Shown here: in pieces, positions 35,722-46,217 of the stretch
Layout of the letters: every line of letters begins with the position of its first letter
Numbering within the stretch: position 1 is the stretch's first letter
Origin: Candidatus Dojkabacteria bacterium HGW-Dojkabacteria-1
GTDB taxonomy: Bacteria > Patescibacteriota > Dojkabacteria > SC72
DNA length: 64,000 nucleotides
Direction: 5' to 3'
NCBI GenBank assembly: GCA_002840365.1
Contig: PHAO01000001.1
Span: 524,360 to 588,359, forward strand
The notes under the pieces: generated by a model
Databases searched by the model: none
Told to the model about the DNA's origin: nothing
Seen by the model: only the letters and a program-made list of their open reading frames with translations
Program-made: the position numbers and the translations under genes

Positions 35722-36195
35722 TTATCTCTTTACAACAATCTCTTTGTTGTTCTCTCTAAGTGGAGCGCTTACTTGTACTCTACCACCTGTTGTTACACAG
35801 ATATTGTATCCTGTACCTTCAGCAGAAGCTGCTCTACTTGGATCTCGAGGGATTGCAACGATAAATTCATCTACTAATACTGTAGACAGATTTACCATTC
35901 CTGTACCAGTTCCAATCTCTGTACCTGCATATGCATTTGCAGAATCGCATGTTGCAATTGTTCCAGCAAGGGCTGACAATCCTGCTACAGAGTTTCCTTC
36001 CTCAGAAGTATACTGTGTTACAGCATTAAGAATCTGTGTTACATCAGCACTTCTTTGAGCATTTCTGGTATCTCTGAAGTTCTTTCCTGGGTTGATAGCA
36101 ACCAAGGTTATTGTAGCCAAAATGATAATCAAGGCTACTACGACTAGGATTTCTATAAGAGAGAATCCTTGGTACTTTCTTTGATCTCTAACCAT
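35722..36195 (-). CDS. type IV pilin (probable major pilin of locus 1)
   Basis: QG|FSLIEILVVV, RNAQRSAD, IPRDP; first gene of the operon. Confidence 0.88.
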   Translation of the reverse strand: MVRDQRKYQGFSLIEILVVVALIIILATITLVAINPGKNFRDTRNAQRSADVTQILNAVTQYTSEEGNSVAGLSALAGTIATCDSANAYAGTEIGTGTGMVNLSTVLVDEFIVAIPRDPSRAASAEGTGYNICVTTGGRVQVSAPLRENNKEIVVKR

Positions 36196-36226
36196 TTATA
36201 TTAAATATAAATTTATATATACCTAA

Positions 36227-36255
36227 AATATACAAGCATGGATTATGAGTGTCAA
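36227..36255 (-). promoter_or_regulatory. sigma70-type promoter of pilus locus 1
   Basis: Minus strand reads TTGACA-17 nt-TATATT. Confidence 0.55.
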
Positions 36256-36335
36256 TTAACTTCCGTATTAACCTTTGGTTTGGCTTTTCATTAATTTTGG
36301 TATAGAATAATGATTATTTGTTAAAACATAAACAA

Positions 36336-37250
36336 ATGGACCCACACGATCCAATAAAAGAGAAGTCCACTATTGCGGAAGTGTTTGACAGAAATGACTT
36401 CACTGAACCGGAAATAGAAGGTCTTTCGTGCGCAATTTCTGTATATGTAAAAGTTTTTTCAAGACCCCCATTTAGTGAAAACTGGACTATTGAACAGGGG
36501 GGAGATTCTCTTGCTTTTTTAACTGATAATGAAATAGAGAACTTTAACCCTGATGATGAAACACATTTGTACAGAGCAATAAAATACATGTTAATGAATC
36601 CAGACAAAGTAAGTACAGAACAACAGGGAGAAGAAGAAATATTAGAAATAGAAACACCTACAGGAGAATTTAGTTCAATTAGAACAATATATCCCTTTAC
36701 AAGTATTTTGCATGCATACAGTAGAGAGGCAAAAGACCCTAATTCAATGGTTTTAATAGGATATTACGATACAAACGAAAAGCAACATATAATTGATATT
36801 ACTGAGCAGTCACCAACTGATTTTGCGAAACCAAAGAGTGTAACAAGAGTAAGGCATATGGAAAGCCAAATAGGGGATAAGATTATAGAAGAAATAGGAT
36901 ACTATCTTCCTGAAGGTGGGGAAGAGGAAATTAGGTTATTACTTAAAGAAACTCCAACAGCTTACCTAGGAGAAATCGCTACAATAACAGAAGGCGGATT
37001 TATGTTTGAGTCTATTAAGAGAGCCGCAAAGAAATTCGCTCCGCTACCTGATCAATTTGTTATGTTCACGAAAGAGGGTTCTGCAACTATTAGAACTGCA
37101 GAGGAAGAAGACAGGCTGCTTGCTCTCTTCTCTAAAGTACTGTATTTAGGAAAGGAGCTTACACTTCAGAGAAAACAGTATTTGGATGACAATGGAAAGA
37201 ATGTTTTCGTTAATATTTATCAAGTAAAAAATGACCAACTTCAAAACTAG
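36336..37250 (+). CDS. hypothetical protein, possible divergent GNAT-fold acyltransferase
   Basis: YVKVFSRPPFSENWT resembles the Y..VF...PW.E.W start of a GNAT family, and AYLGEIAT resembles the motif A strand. ATG 36336 preferred over TTG 36318. Confidence 0.45.
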   Translation: MDPHDPIKEKSTIAEVFDRNDFTEPEIEGLSCAISVYVKVFSRPPFSENWTIEQGGDSLAFLTDNEIENFNPDDETHLYRAIKYMLMNPDKVSTEQQGEEEILEIETPTGEFSSIRTIYPFTSILHAYSREAKDPNSMVLIGYYDTNEKQHIIDITEQSPTDFAKPKSVTRVRHMESQIGDKIIEEIGYYLPEGGEEEIRLLLKETPTAYLGEIATITEGGFMFESIKRAAKKFAPLPDQFVMFTKEGSATIRTAEEEDRLLALFSKVLYLGKELTLQRKQYLDDNGKNVFVNIYQVKNDQLQN

Positions 37251-38340
37251 TCATAAAAGAACTCCATCCTACCACTACCTACCTCAAAATACCGAAAAAA
37301 ATATCAAAATATTTAAATCCCTCCAATATAGTGACATAAAAATATTCTATGCCTTGAAAGCAAATAATTATGAACCAATGATAAGGAAATTCATTGAGGC
37401 TGATTATGGTTTTGATATAGCCTCAAGACAGGAATTGGAATATTTAGTTTCCCTTGGTGCAGATCCTACAAAAACATCCTTTTCAGCGCCTACCAAACTA
37501 GTTGAAGATTTAAGGTATGCTTCATCTGTTGGAGTCAGATATTATGCTTTTGATACAGAATCCGAGGCCAGAAAGATACTTGCAAATACTAAAAATCCTT
37601 TATTAATTGCAAGAACAGTGGCAAAGAACAAGGATGCAGAATTCAACCTCTCGGATAAATTTGGTATGACAGACACATACTTAAGATACATTTTCACTGT
37701 AGCCAAGAAAGAGAAATGGCCACTCCATGGAATAACTTTCCACGTAGGCTCTCAAAACAAATCTATTAATTCATGGAGAACTGCACTACAAAACATAGAG
37801 GCAGATATTAATGATGCCCAACAACTTGGGATAGATATAAAGTGTATTAATCTAGGTGGCGGTATTCCTGTTAAGTATGAGAATGGGGTTAAATCTGTTG
37901 AATTCTATATAGAAAATATAATTAACTTTGTGAGATCTATTCGTAGAAGAACAGATATTGAAGAATTCATTATTGAACCAGGGAGATCTCTTTCTGCCAA
38001 TACAATGGTATTACTTACTAAGGTAATAAATATAAAAACATATAAAAGTCCACAGATAGTAGTAACTGATTTAAGTGTTTTTAATGGATTAATAGAACCA
38101 TTAGAACATTTTGAATATCCTGTATACAAATATGGTAAATTTAGCTGTAAAAATGTTGAAAAAAAGAGATTTTATAAAATAGTAGGTTTATCATGTGATG
38201 GATATGATATTATAAACAGGAGATGTTTGCTGCCCGCAGATTTGAAGATAGGTGACTATCTAATTATACCGAATGCAGGAGCATACAGTTTCGTCTATGA
38301 AAACTTCCATATGAGGAAGTATCCTGAAATTATTGGTTAA
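37231..38340 (+). CDS. fold-type III PLP-dependent Orn/Lys/Arg/DAP decarboxylase
   Basis: FYALKAN, FDIAS..E, KFG, FHVGSQ, NLGGG, EPGR, GLSCDGYD, GAY. Confidence 0.92.
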   Translation: MTNFKTSHKRTPSYHYLPQNTEKNIKIFKSLQYSDIKIFYALKANNYEPMIRKFIEADYGFDIASRQELEYLVSLGADPTKTSFSAPTKLVEDLRYASSVGVRYYAFDTESEARKILANTKNPLLIARTVAKNKDAEFNLSDKFGMTDTYLRYIFTVAKKEKWPLHGITFHVGSQNKSINSWRTALQNIEADINDAQQLGIDIKCINLGGGIPVKYENGVKSVEFYIENIINFVRSIRRRTDIEEFIIEPGRSLSANTMVLLTKVINIKTYKSPQIVVTDLSVFNGLIEPLEHFEYPVYKYGKFSCKNVEKKRFYKIVGLSCDGYDIINRRCLLPADLKIGDYLIIPNAGAYSFVYENFHMRKYPEIIG

Positions 38341-38346
38341 TTAAAA

Positions 38347-40566
38347 ATGCTGAATCTATATATAATCTATATCTTCATCTTTAGTACTCTTCTTTCCAAC
38401 TTCTGGATTTTTTTTAAACTAAGAGAGAAGTTAACTAAGAGGGAGAAAATACAGTATTTGTATCTTTTGATATCTATTTTCGGTTGGGCAATTACAAATG
38501 CCCTGGCAGACCTCATTAAAATTGATAACATAGCTTTACTATCCGCCCAACTGTCTATACTCTTTCCTCTTAACATTCTTAATGCACTAATAAATATTGT
38601 GAGTAATTTCCCGAGAGTAATCACGAAGGATATTCGAAACATTTCTTTTAAAATTAGCTCCTTTTTAACAGTTATTTTTTCTATTGTTTCAGTTTTTCTA
38701 TTGAAATCGAGATTTAATATCTCCTTTTTCTCAATCAGTGAGAATGCACCTTCGGACTTCACTCCCGGACATTTATACTACCTATTAATCTTAATTGCGG
38801 TATTGTTCCTAATTCTCATTATTAGACACTGGAGAAAGAGAATGCCCCTGTATACGCCTACACAAAGAAAACAAGTAGCCACAATTTCGTTTACTCTTAT
38901 CTTTGTTTATATTTCAATGACCTTTGGACTAATCATTTTCCCCTTATTAGGTCTCTCTATTTACAGTCCCTTTATGTTCCTGTCGCTATCTTTGTTAGCC
39001 TTTGTAATAAACAAGAGCTTATGGATAAAAATAGCGGTAGTAGATATTGTAGAAGAGATTAACAAATTGTTAGGAATGTTTGCTTCTGCTTTTGTAATCT
39101 TTTCCCTATGGACCCTCACCGGAAGTGTAACTCTTGATCTTAATATTGTTGGAAAGTTCTTGGCATCCCTTTCTATAGTCATACTCATCAATGGTATCTA
39201 TAGCTACTTTCAAAGAGTTTATAACAATAAGAGAATACAAGCCCAGGGAGAAGTACTCAATTTTATTGATATTACTACAAAGATAATTAACAGAGAGGAA
39301 TTGGTTAAGCTAACAAAGGAAAGTATATACAGTATTCTAAAACCTGAAAGAATAGAATTTGAGTTTTTTCATAATGAAAATCTTACTCCGATACAAACCC
39401 AATTTACCAAATGGTGGTCATTAAGATCTAAAACTATAATCATTAATAAAGAGACCCTTATAGAATCATATTTCGATAGAGAAAATAACAAAGAAATAAC
39501 AAAAGAATTGTACGAATACCTTCAGAAAGAGAAAATTAGTGTAATGATTCCTCTCACAAACAAGGACTCATTAATAGCATTAATAAATATATATAATACA
39601 AACGATGTTCTTGATGAAACACAGTATAATAATTTGTCTTTACTCTCCAGTACTCTTTCTGTTTCTCTAAATAGGGCACTTCTTTACGAAGAATTACAGG
39701 ATTTTAATAAGACCTTGCAGAAAAAGGTTGATTCTCAAACAGCAGAATTACAAGAAAAAGTAAAACTCTTGGAAGAGGCGAGAAAAAAGGAAGCTGACAT
39801 GATAGATATAATGGGGCATGAATTAAGAACACCAGCAACAATAGTGAAGTTAAATACAGATTTACTCAGCCAATTTTCTGAAAATAATTCTGTAGAAAAC
39901 GAAGAAACATATAAGAAATATGTATCAAGAATAAAGCATGCAGTTGAGACTGAAATCACATTAATAAATACCTTGCTAAGTAGTGCGAAACTAGAGGGAG
40001 ATAAGGTTGAACTAAATATGGAAAGAATTGATATATACAAGGAGGTAGAAATGTCTATGCATGCAGAGGAAGATTTAGCAAAAGAGAAGGGCTTAGAATT
40101 TACAAATTTAATACCAGAAAATATCTCTAACATTTATGCTGACCGCACAAGAGTGGCTGAAATATTAAATAACTTAATAAGTAACGCAGTAAAATATACT
40201 GAGAAGGGAAGTGTAACTGTAAGTGGAAGTGAGGATGAAAAATATGTTCATATTGAAGTCCAAGACACTGGAAGAGGAATATCTAAAGAGGATCAAAAAA
40301 ATCTTGGAACAAAATTCTTTAGAACTAAAACATACATTGATTCAGAAATAAGAGATGACTTTGACATTGTAAGACCAGGAGGTACAGGGTTAGGACTATA
40401 TGTGACTTTTGGTTTATTAGAGAAAATGGGAGGAAAGATTAATATAGAGAGTGAGATTGGGAAGGGAAGTACATTCACAGCAAGTTTTGCAAAGTATACT
40501 AATCAACAGGAACATAAAATCGAAGAGGGAACTCGAGATATGTTCTCTAAGCTAGGCCTTAGATAG
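38347..40566 (+). CDS. multi-TM sensor histidine kinase (7TM-type N-terminus, GAF-like domain, HisKA, HATPase)
   Basis: About 8-9 hydrophobic segments; GHELRTP, NLISNAVKYT, DTGRGI, GTGLGL, GKGSTF. Confidence 0.92.
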   Translation: MLNLYIIYIFIFSTLLSNFWIFFKLREKLTKREKIQYLYLLISIFGWAITNALADLIKIDNIALLSAQLSILFPLNILNALINIVSNFPRVITKDIRNISFKISSFLTVIFSIVSVFLLKSRFNISFFSISENAPSDFTPGHLYYLLILIAVLFLILIIRHWRKRMPLYTPTQRKQVATISFTLIFVYISMTFGLIIFPLLGLSIYSPFMFLSLSLLAFVINKSLWIKIAVVDIVEEINKLLGMFASAFVIFSLWTLTGSVTLDLNIVGKFLASLSIVILINGIYSYFQRVYNNKRIQAQGEVLNFIDITTKIINREELVKLTKESIYSILKPERIEFEFFHNENLTPIQTQFTKWWSLRSKTIIINKETLIESYFDRENNKEITKELYEYLQKEKISVMIPLTNKDSLIALINIYNTNDVLDETQYNNLSLLSSTLSVSLNRALLYEELQDFNKTLQKKVDSQTAELQEKVKLLEEARKKEADMIDIMGHELRTPATIVKLNTDLLSQFSENNSVENEETYKKYVSRIKHAVETEITLINTLLSSAKLEGDKVELNMERIDIYKEVEMSMHAEEDLAKEKGLEFTNLIPENISNIYADRTRVAEILNNLISNAVKYTEKGSVTVSGSEDEKYVHIEVQDTGRGISKEDQKNLGTKFFRTKTYIDSEIRDDFDIVRPGGTGLGLYVTFGLLEKMGGKINIESEIGKGSTFTASFAKYTNQQEHKIEEGTRDMFSKLGLR

Positions 40567-40574
40567 GATTAGAA

Positions 40575-41528
40575 TTAAATATTTTTTAATTCTTCGTCGA
40601 TAATATTCGAGACCTCCCCAAAATCATTACAGCTCATTAATCTGCTTCGTAAGAGAGCACTACCTCCAAAATCATTTACATATGCCTTAAAGAATTTCTT
40701 TAAAGAATGAAAGTCCTTACTTTCTCCCCATGTCTTTTCAAAGAGTTGTAAATGTTTCTCGAATAAAATGAATTTCTCCTTTTGAGAAATTTCTTCCCTT
40801 TCGGAGAATACCCAAGGGTTATAAATAGCTTCTCTTCCTATCATTACACCATCAATCTTGTATTTTTCAGATAACTCTTTGCCCTGTTTTATACTTTTAA
40901 TATCCCCATTTCCAAAGAGTAGAGTAGAGGAATTTTTCTGATTTCTTAATTTTACAATCTCCTCCGTATATTCCCAATTAGCATGTATTGCTCCTTCTCC
41001 CTTTGCAGTTCTCATATGAACAGTAAGTAAATCCAATTGTTGTTCCAAAAGAAATCCTATCCATCCCTCTATATCAGGATATTCAAACCCCAATCTTGTC
41101 TTAACAGATACCGGGATATCTTGAGCCCCTTCCTTGGTAGCCTTAATTATATCTACAACTAATTGCCTATCTGCATTTATCAATCCACTTCCAGCATTAT
41201 TCTTTACAACATTCTTTACAGAGCAACCCATATTTATATCTACACCCTCAAAACCCATTTCCTTAACTAATTTAGCTCCATACAAGAAGTTTTCTGGTTT
41301 TACTCCCCAAAGCTGTGCAACTATTGGTTTTTCCTCTTTTGTATATTGTAATCTATGTATTACCTTTTCTTTTCCCTTACTGTTTAATCCTTCTACGTTT
41401 ACAAATTCTGTAAAGAAAACATCTGGTCTTCCTACAGACATCACTATCTGTCTAAAGACTGTATCTGTAACATCTTCCATAGGGGAAAGAGCTATGATAG
41501 GTTTTTTAATCTCATCGTATATGTTCAT
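40575..41528 (-). CDS. dus: tRNA-dihydrouridine synthase
   Basis: LSPMEDVTD, FTEFV, DINMGC, SVKTRLG, TVHMRT, GNGDI, GVMIGR. Confidence 0.95.
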   Translation of the reverse strand: MNIYDEIKKPIIALSPMEDVTDTVFRQIVMSVGRPDVFFTEFVNVEGLNSKGKEKVIHRLQYTKEEKPIVAQLWGVKPENFLYGAKLVKEMGFEGVDINMGCSVKNVVKNNAGSGLINADRQLVVDIIKATKEGAQDIPVSVKTRLGFEYPDIEGWIGFLLEQQLDLLTVHMRTAKGEGAIHANWEYTEEIVKLRNQKNSSTLLFGNGDIKSIKQGKELSEKYKIDGVMIGREAIYNPWVFSEREEISQKEKFILFEKHLQLFEKTWGESKDFHSLKKFFKAYVNDFGGSALLRSRLMSCNDFGEVSNIIDEELKNI

Positions 41529-41667
41529 AAATACGATTTTAACATATTTGACCCAGGTCTCCTTTTTTTGGTTATCAAATAGTCCAAAATTGGACTAGGG
41601 TCCAACCCGATTACTTGAATTTATCTTGAAATTACAATAAACTTACAATGTATTACTGCCCTAAGGT

Positions 41668-42072
41668 ATGGAACAAAAGAATATACTAACAAGCAATGGC
41701 GGACAAAAGGTCCTAAATGAATCCCAGGTTGATAACCTCCTTGTTATTTTCACATATACATTTAAAGAATTCCTTTATTGGTGGTATATAAGAATGCCTC
41801 TGTGGCATTTAAGGATGCTTTCAAGAATATCTACCTTTGTAGATGACAACTTCTCAATGTCCTTACTTTTAAAAAATTTCTTCATACCTTGGCATAGGGA
41901 TTTCTCTTTCATTGGTTATACATTTGGAATAATTATTAAAATCATATATTTACCGATTGCAATTTTCGCTTACATATTCATATGTTCCTTGTATTTACTT
42001 GTAATACTAGTATGGTTACTACTACCACCAGCAACAATTCTTTTTATTCTTAGATCAATATTGAGCATATAA
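41668..42072 (+). CDS. small membrane protein coupled to the Clp-like ATPase
   Basis: WWY and FFIPW motifs, hydrophobic C-terminus, TAATG overlap with the next gene. Confidence 0.65.
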   Translation: MEQKNILTSNGGQKVLNESQVDNLLVIFTYTFKEFLYWWYIRMPLWHLRMLSRISTFVDDNFSMSLLLKNFFIPWHRDFSFIGYTFGIIIKIIYLPIAIFAYIFICSLYLLVILVWLLLPPATILFILRSILSI

Positions 42073-44789
42073 TGGCAATAGATTACGGATGGCAAAACAG
42101 AACACTAATAGGATCGCACTCTAAAGATAGTAATATATTCAGTGTTGTACAAAAGGAGTATCCAATATTAGCAAAAGAATCAGATGCCTTGTTTTTGTTG
42201 ACTAGGGATCAATTTTTTACAGTATCTACACCACAGATAAGTAATGTACTAACAAATTACCTTAGATATCAAAAATACTATGACAATGTGAGACTTCTGG
42301 CTAACGTATTACTAGTTCCAGGTTTAGTAATAGCAATAGGGTATTTGTTAAGACAAATAGGGGTATTAGAGAGCATTACAATAGTGAAAGATTTCCTATC
42401 GAGTGGAATCTCAGATACTCTTTTTGGGATATCTCTCTTTAGTGTCTTTATACTTTGGCACGACTATTACAAAGACAAGAGTCACCCTGTTAGACTTCCT
42501 ACTGCAGAAACAATTCCACTAAACGATTTAGAAGAAATTAAGGCAACAGGTTTTAAGTTTGGTAGATATGCACATTTAGAAGCAATTAACTACATGAATG
42601 ATCTTTCTCTAGATGTAATATGTGGTAATACTGCTAATGATGAAATAAATACTTTAACTCTCTTTACAGAGTTAATCCAATATCCTCAGGCAGTTGAAAT
42701 CTTCAGAAGAGCTAATATATCCGTAAATGAGGAAACTCTCTCTAGTAGTGAAGTTACAAAAGATTCTTTACCAAAATATCCTTCTACTGCTATAAGAAGC
42801 TTCGTTATTTATGCACTAAACGAAGCATTACTTACATCCTCAAAAGAGATAAGACCTGAACATATACTACTAGCGCTTTTTAATGTATTTCCAACACTAA
42901 AGAAATTCCTTCTTACGCAGAATAGCTCAATAGATATTTTACGAGAGGTTGTTAGATATCAATCATATGAGCAAGAGAAAGCACTACAAACAAATCCTCT
43001 TAACCTAAATGCTCCATATTACAAACGAGGGGGAATAGCGGAATCATGGATATATGGCCACACCTTTATTCTTAACAAATTTAGTAAGAATGTAAATGAA
43101 TATGTAGCAAGATATGATGATATCTTTGGTATCGGACACGAAGAGGAAATAGAGACTTTAGTCTCTGTATTAGGAAAAGTTTCGAACAAAAATGCCTTGC
43201 TAATTGGAGAACCTGGTGTTGGTAAATCTAGCCTAATACTTGGTATAGCCCAAAGAATTAATAGGGGAGATGTTCCAATACAGATTAAAGATAAGAGAAT
43301 ACTTCAATTGGATATTAATGGATTAATAGCATTTGCGGCTAGAGAAAAATCTGTTGAAGAGTTAGTTGCAAAAGCTATTCAGGAATTAGAAAATGCTGGT
43401 GATACAATTTTGTATATTGATGAGATGCAAGAGTTAATTCCTGCAAAAGCCCAAGATTCTGGGCATTCTCTTGCAGGTATTTTGCTTCCATATATTTTAA
43501 ATAGTAAATTCCCAATAATTGGAACAGTTAATCATGCAGATTACAAAAAATACTTCTATAGCTCAGAATCTTTAAGGCAAACCTTTACTAATATTGAAGT
43601 AAGTGAGATATCTGCAGATGATGCATTAGTAATACTTGAAACAAAAATATCTCAACTTGAAAAGAATTTTGGAATATATATAACTCTCCCTGCGTTAATT
43701 AGCGCAGTGGAATTAGCACAAAGATATGTTAAAGACAGAAAATTACCAAGTAGTTCTGTACAACTACTTGAGAGTTCGTGTTCATGGGCACAAAGTAGTG
43801 GCGTACAACTTTTGACCGAGGAACATGTTGCAAAGGTTCTTTCCAATCAAAAGGGTGTTTCAATAGCTGGAGTAAATGCGGAAGAAAGTACAAAATTAAT
43901 GCAACTAGAGGAAAATATTAAAAACAGAGTAATAGGGCAAGATGATGCAATTAAAGCAATTGTTGAATCATTAAGAAGAGCACATACAGATATTAGAAAT
44001 CCTCAAAAACCAATAGGTACGTTCCTCTTTATGGGACCCACAGGAGTAGGTAAGACATACTTGGCAAAGGTTGTTTCAGAGGAATATTTCGGAGGAGAGA
44101 ATGAGATGATTAGAGTTGATATGTCAGAGTATCAGGATATAGCTAGTATTGAAAAATTTTTAGGAGAGACAGGAAAGACTAATACAATGGGACAGACTGC
44201 TGTTTCCTTGATTGATAAAGTTAAATTAAACCCATATACCGTTATACTTTTTGATGAAATAGAGAAAGCTCATCCCCAGGTATTAGATTTGTTTCTTCAG
44301 ATGTTTGATGAAGGAAGATTAACAAGTAATTTGGGCGAGGTTATAGATTTCACACACAGTATAATTGTTTGTACAAGTAATATTGGAAGTTTAATTCTTC
44401 TTGAATCTCTAAGTGATGGAAAAACAACATGGGGAGAAGCAAAAGATAGAGCTTTAATAGAGTTAAGACAATCTATAAGGCCTGAATTACTAAATAGATT
44501 TGATAAGGTAATAGTATTCCATCCTCACGATATTGATCATCTTTCGGAAATATCAACAATACTTCTAACAGAACTATCAAAACGATTAGGTGAGAAAAGT
44601 ATAACGCTTACTTGGAATGCTTTAATTCCACAACTCATCGCAAGTAAGGCTCATGAACCAGGCTTAGGAGCCAGACCAATCAAAAGATATATTCAAGAAA
44701 ATATAGAGGGAAATATCGCAAAAGAGATGATAGAAGGTCAAATTCAACCCGGAGAAGAGATAGAGATAAAGGAAAGCTGGATAATATAG
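42072..44789 (+). CDS. ClpA/B/C-family double-AAA+ ATPase with N-terminal TM segments
   Basis: GEPGVGKS with YIDE; GPTGVGKT with FDEIEKAH; RPELLNRFD; GARP. Confidence 0.9.
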   Translation: MAIDYGWQNRTLIGSHSKDSNIFSVVQKEYPILAKESDALFLLTRDQFFTVSTPQISNVLTNYLRYQKYYDNVRLLANVLLVPGLVIAIGYLLRQIGVLESITIVKDFLSSGISDTLFGISLFSVFILWHDYYKDKSHPVRLPTAETIPLNDLEEIKATGFKFGRYAHLEAINYMNDLSLDVICGNTANDEINTLTLFTELIQYPQAVEIFRRANISVNEETLSSSEVTKDSLPKYPSTAIRSFVIYALNEALLTSSKEIRPEHILLALFNVFPTLKKFLLTQNSSIDILREVVRYQSYEQEKALQTNPLNLNAPYYKRGGIAESWIYGHTFILNKFSKNVNEYVARYDDIFGIGHEEEIETLVSVLGKVSNKNALLIGEPGVGKSSLILGIAQRINRGDVPIQIKDKRILQLDINGLIAFAAREKSVEELVAKAIQELENAGDTILYIDEMQELIPAKAQDSGHSLAGILLPYILNSKFPIIGTVNHADYKKYFYSSESLRQTFTNIEVSEISADDALVILETKISQLEKNFGIYITLPALISAVELAQRYVKDRKLPSSSVQLLESSCSWAQSSGVQLLTEEHVAKVLSNQKGVSIAGVNAEESTKLMQLEENIKNRVIGQDDAIKAIVESLRRAHTDIRNPQKPIGTFLFMGPTGVGKTYLAKVVSEEYFGGENEMIRVDMSEYQDIASIEKFLGETGKTNTMGQTAVSLIDKVKLNPYTVILFDEIEKAHPQVLDLFLQMFDEGRLTSNLGEVIDFTHSIIVCTSNIGSLILLESLSDGKTTWGEAKDRALIELRQSIRPELLNRFDKVIVFHPHDIDHLSEISTILLTELSKRLGEKSITLTWNALIPQLIASKAHEPGLGARPIKRYIQENIEGNIAKEMIEGQIQPGEEIEIKESWII

Positions 44790-44798
44790 CAATTTATG

Positions 44799-44827
44799 TT
44801 GCAAGAATACGAATATTAAAATATAAT
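44799..44827 (+). promoter_or_regulatory. sigma70-type promoter of rpmF-nusB-rnc
   Basis: TTGCAA-17 nt-TATAAT. Confidence 0.65.
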
Positions 44828-44855
44828 ACAAGGTCATAAAATAGTTTAAAAAGAT

Positions 44856-45038
44856 ATGGGAGCATTACCAAAAAGAAAAATATCAAAAGGAAGAAAGAAT
44901 AGAAGGAGAGCAAATGATTCCTTAAAAGCACCAAAGATGTCTAAATGTCCAAAATGTGGAAAGACAAAAAGACCACACTTCGTATGCGAATTTTGTGGTT
45001 ACTATGGTGATGGTAAAGATTTAAAGAAAAATAAATAA
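44856..45038 (+). CDS. rpmF: 50S ribosomal protein L32
   Basis: ALPKRKISK, CPKCG..RPHFVCEFCGYY. Confidence 0.95.
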   Translation: MGALPKRKISKGRKNRRRANDSLKAPKMSKCPKCGKTKRPHFVCEFCGYYGDGKDLKKNK

Positions 45039-45052
45039 GTACTCTTTAAATA

Positions 45053-45502
45053 ATGAAAAAAGCAACTGACCCTAGGCATTTATCCAGAGAATTAGCTTTA
45101 CAAACACTTTTCTCTAAAGACTTTAATGGTACAAAGGATGGTGTAATAGATTTTGAAGTTTCAGATCTTTCAGAGATAGATGAAATAGAGGATTACAACA
45201 AAGATTTATACAATGATATTGTAAATGGTGTTCCTCAAAAAAAGGAAGAAATTGACCAAGTTATTACTCAATTTGCACCTCAATGGCCTATTTCTCAAAT
45301 GAAATTAGTTGATTTACAAATTCTTCGGATTGCAATATATGAAGGTTTTTTAGCAAAAATTACTCCTCCAAAAGTAGCAATAGACGAGGCAATTGAAATT
45401 GCAAAAGAGTTCGGAGGTGACACTAGTAGTAAATTTGTAAATGGTGTCCTTGGAGCTATATATGAAATAAACAAACAAGAAGATGATAAATCAGATAAAT
45501 AG
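45053..45502 (+). CDS. nusB: transcription antitermination factor NusB
   Basis: RHLSRELALQ, ILRIAIYE, VAIDEAIEIAK, FVNGVLG. Confidence 0.95.
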   Translation: MKKATDPRHLSRELALQTLFSKDFNGTKDGVIDFEVSDLSEIDEIEDYNKDLYNDIVNGVPQKKEEIDQVITQFAPQWPISQMKLVDLQILRIAIYEGFLAKITPPKVAIDEAIEIAKEFGGDTSSKFVNGVLGAIYEINKQEDDKSDK

Positions 45503-46178
45503 TTTGGAACAAAATATTGAGATTGAGTTTACAGATAAGGTATTACTTGAAACATCTGTTACACATAGGTCATATTTAAATGAACACAGAGAAATTCCTG
45601 AACATAATGAAAGATTAGAATTTCTTGGAGATGCTGTATTAGAATTAATAGTTTCTGACTATCTTTACAAAGAATTTTTAGATAGGGCTGAAGGAGAACT
45701 AACGAGTTTTAGATCTGCCCTTGTAAGAACAGACAGTCTTGCAGAGAGTGCAAAAAATTTAAGAATTGGAGAATTTCTTCGCTTATCTAGAGGAGAAGAA
45801 GATAGTGGAGGAAGAGAAAAAGATTACCTTTTAGCTAACGCTTTTGAAGCAGTATTAGGAGCGATATATTTAGATAAAGGATATGAAGAGGCGAAGAATT
45901 TTGTATATAGAACCCTCATTCCAAAGTTAGGAGAAATTGTAGAGTATAGGCTTGATATTGATAACAAAACTAAGATACAGGAATTAGCACAATCAGAGTA
46001 TAAGACAACTCCAACATATGAGGTAATAAATGAACAGGGACCAGATCATGACAAGACTTTCACTGTAGTAGTAAAGATTGATGACAAAATAATTGGGGAG
46101 GGAACAGGCAGTAGTAAGCAGAAGGCAGAGGAAAGGGCTGCAGAGGTTGGAATAGAGTATATAGAAAGCAAGAAATAG
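45483..46178 (+). CDS. rnc: ribonuclease III
   Basis: THRSY, NERLEFLGDAVL, FEAVLGAIYLD; dsRBD with GPDHDKTF and SKQKAE. Confidence 0.97.
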   Translation: MINQINSLEQNIEIEFTDKVLLETSVTHRSYLNEHREIPEHNERLEFLGDAVLELIVSDYLYKEFLDRAEGELTSFRSALVRTDSLAESAKNLRIGEFLRLSRGEEDSGGREKDYLLANAFEAVLGAIYLDKGYEEAKNFVYRTLIPKLGEIVEYRLDIDNKTKIQELAQSEYKTTPTYEVINEQGPDHDKTFTVVVKIDDKIIGEGTGSSKQKAEERAAEVGIEYIESKK

Positions 46179-46217
46179 CTTGAATATTAATTTCTCATCT
46201 GTTAAAATAACAGCGCT

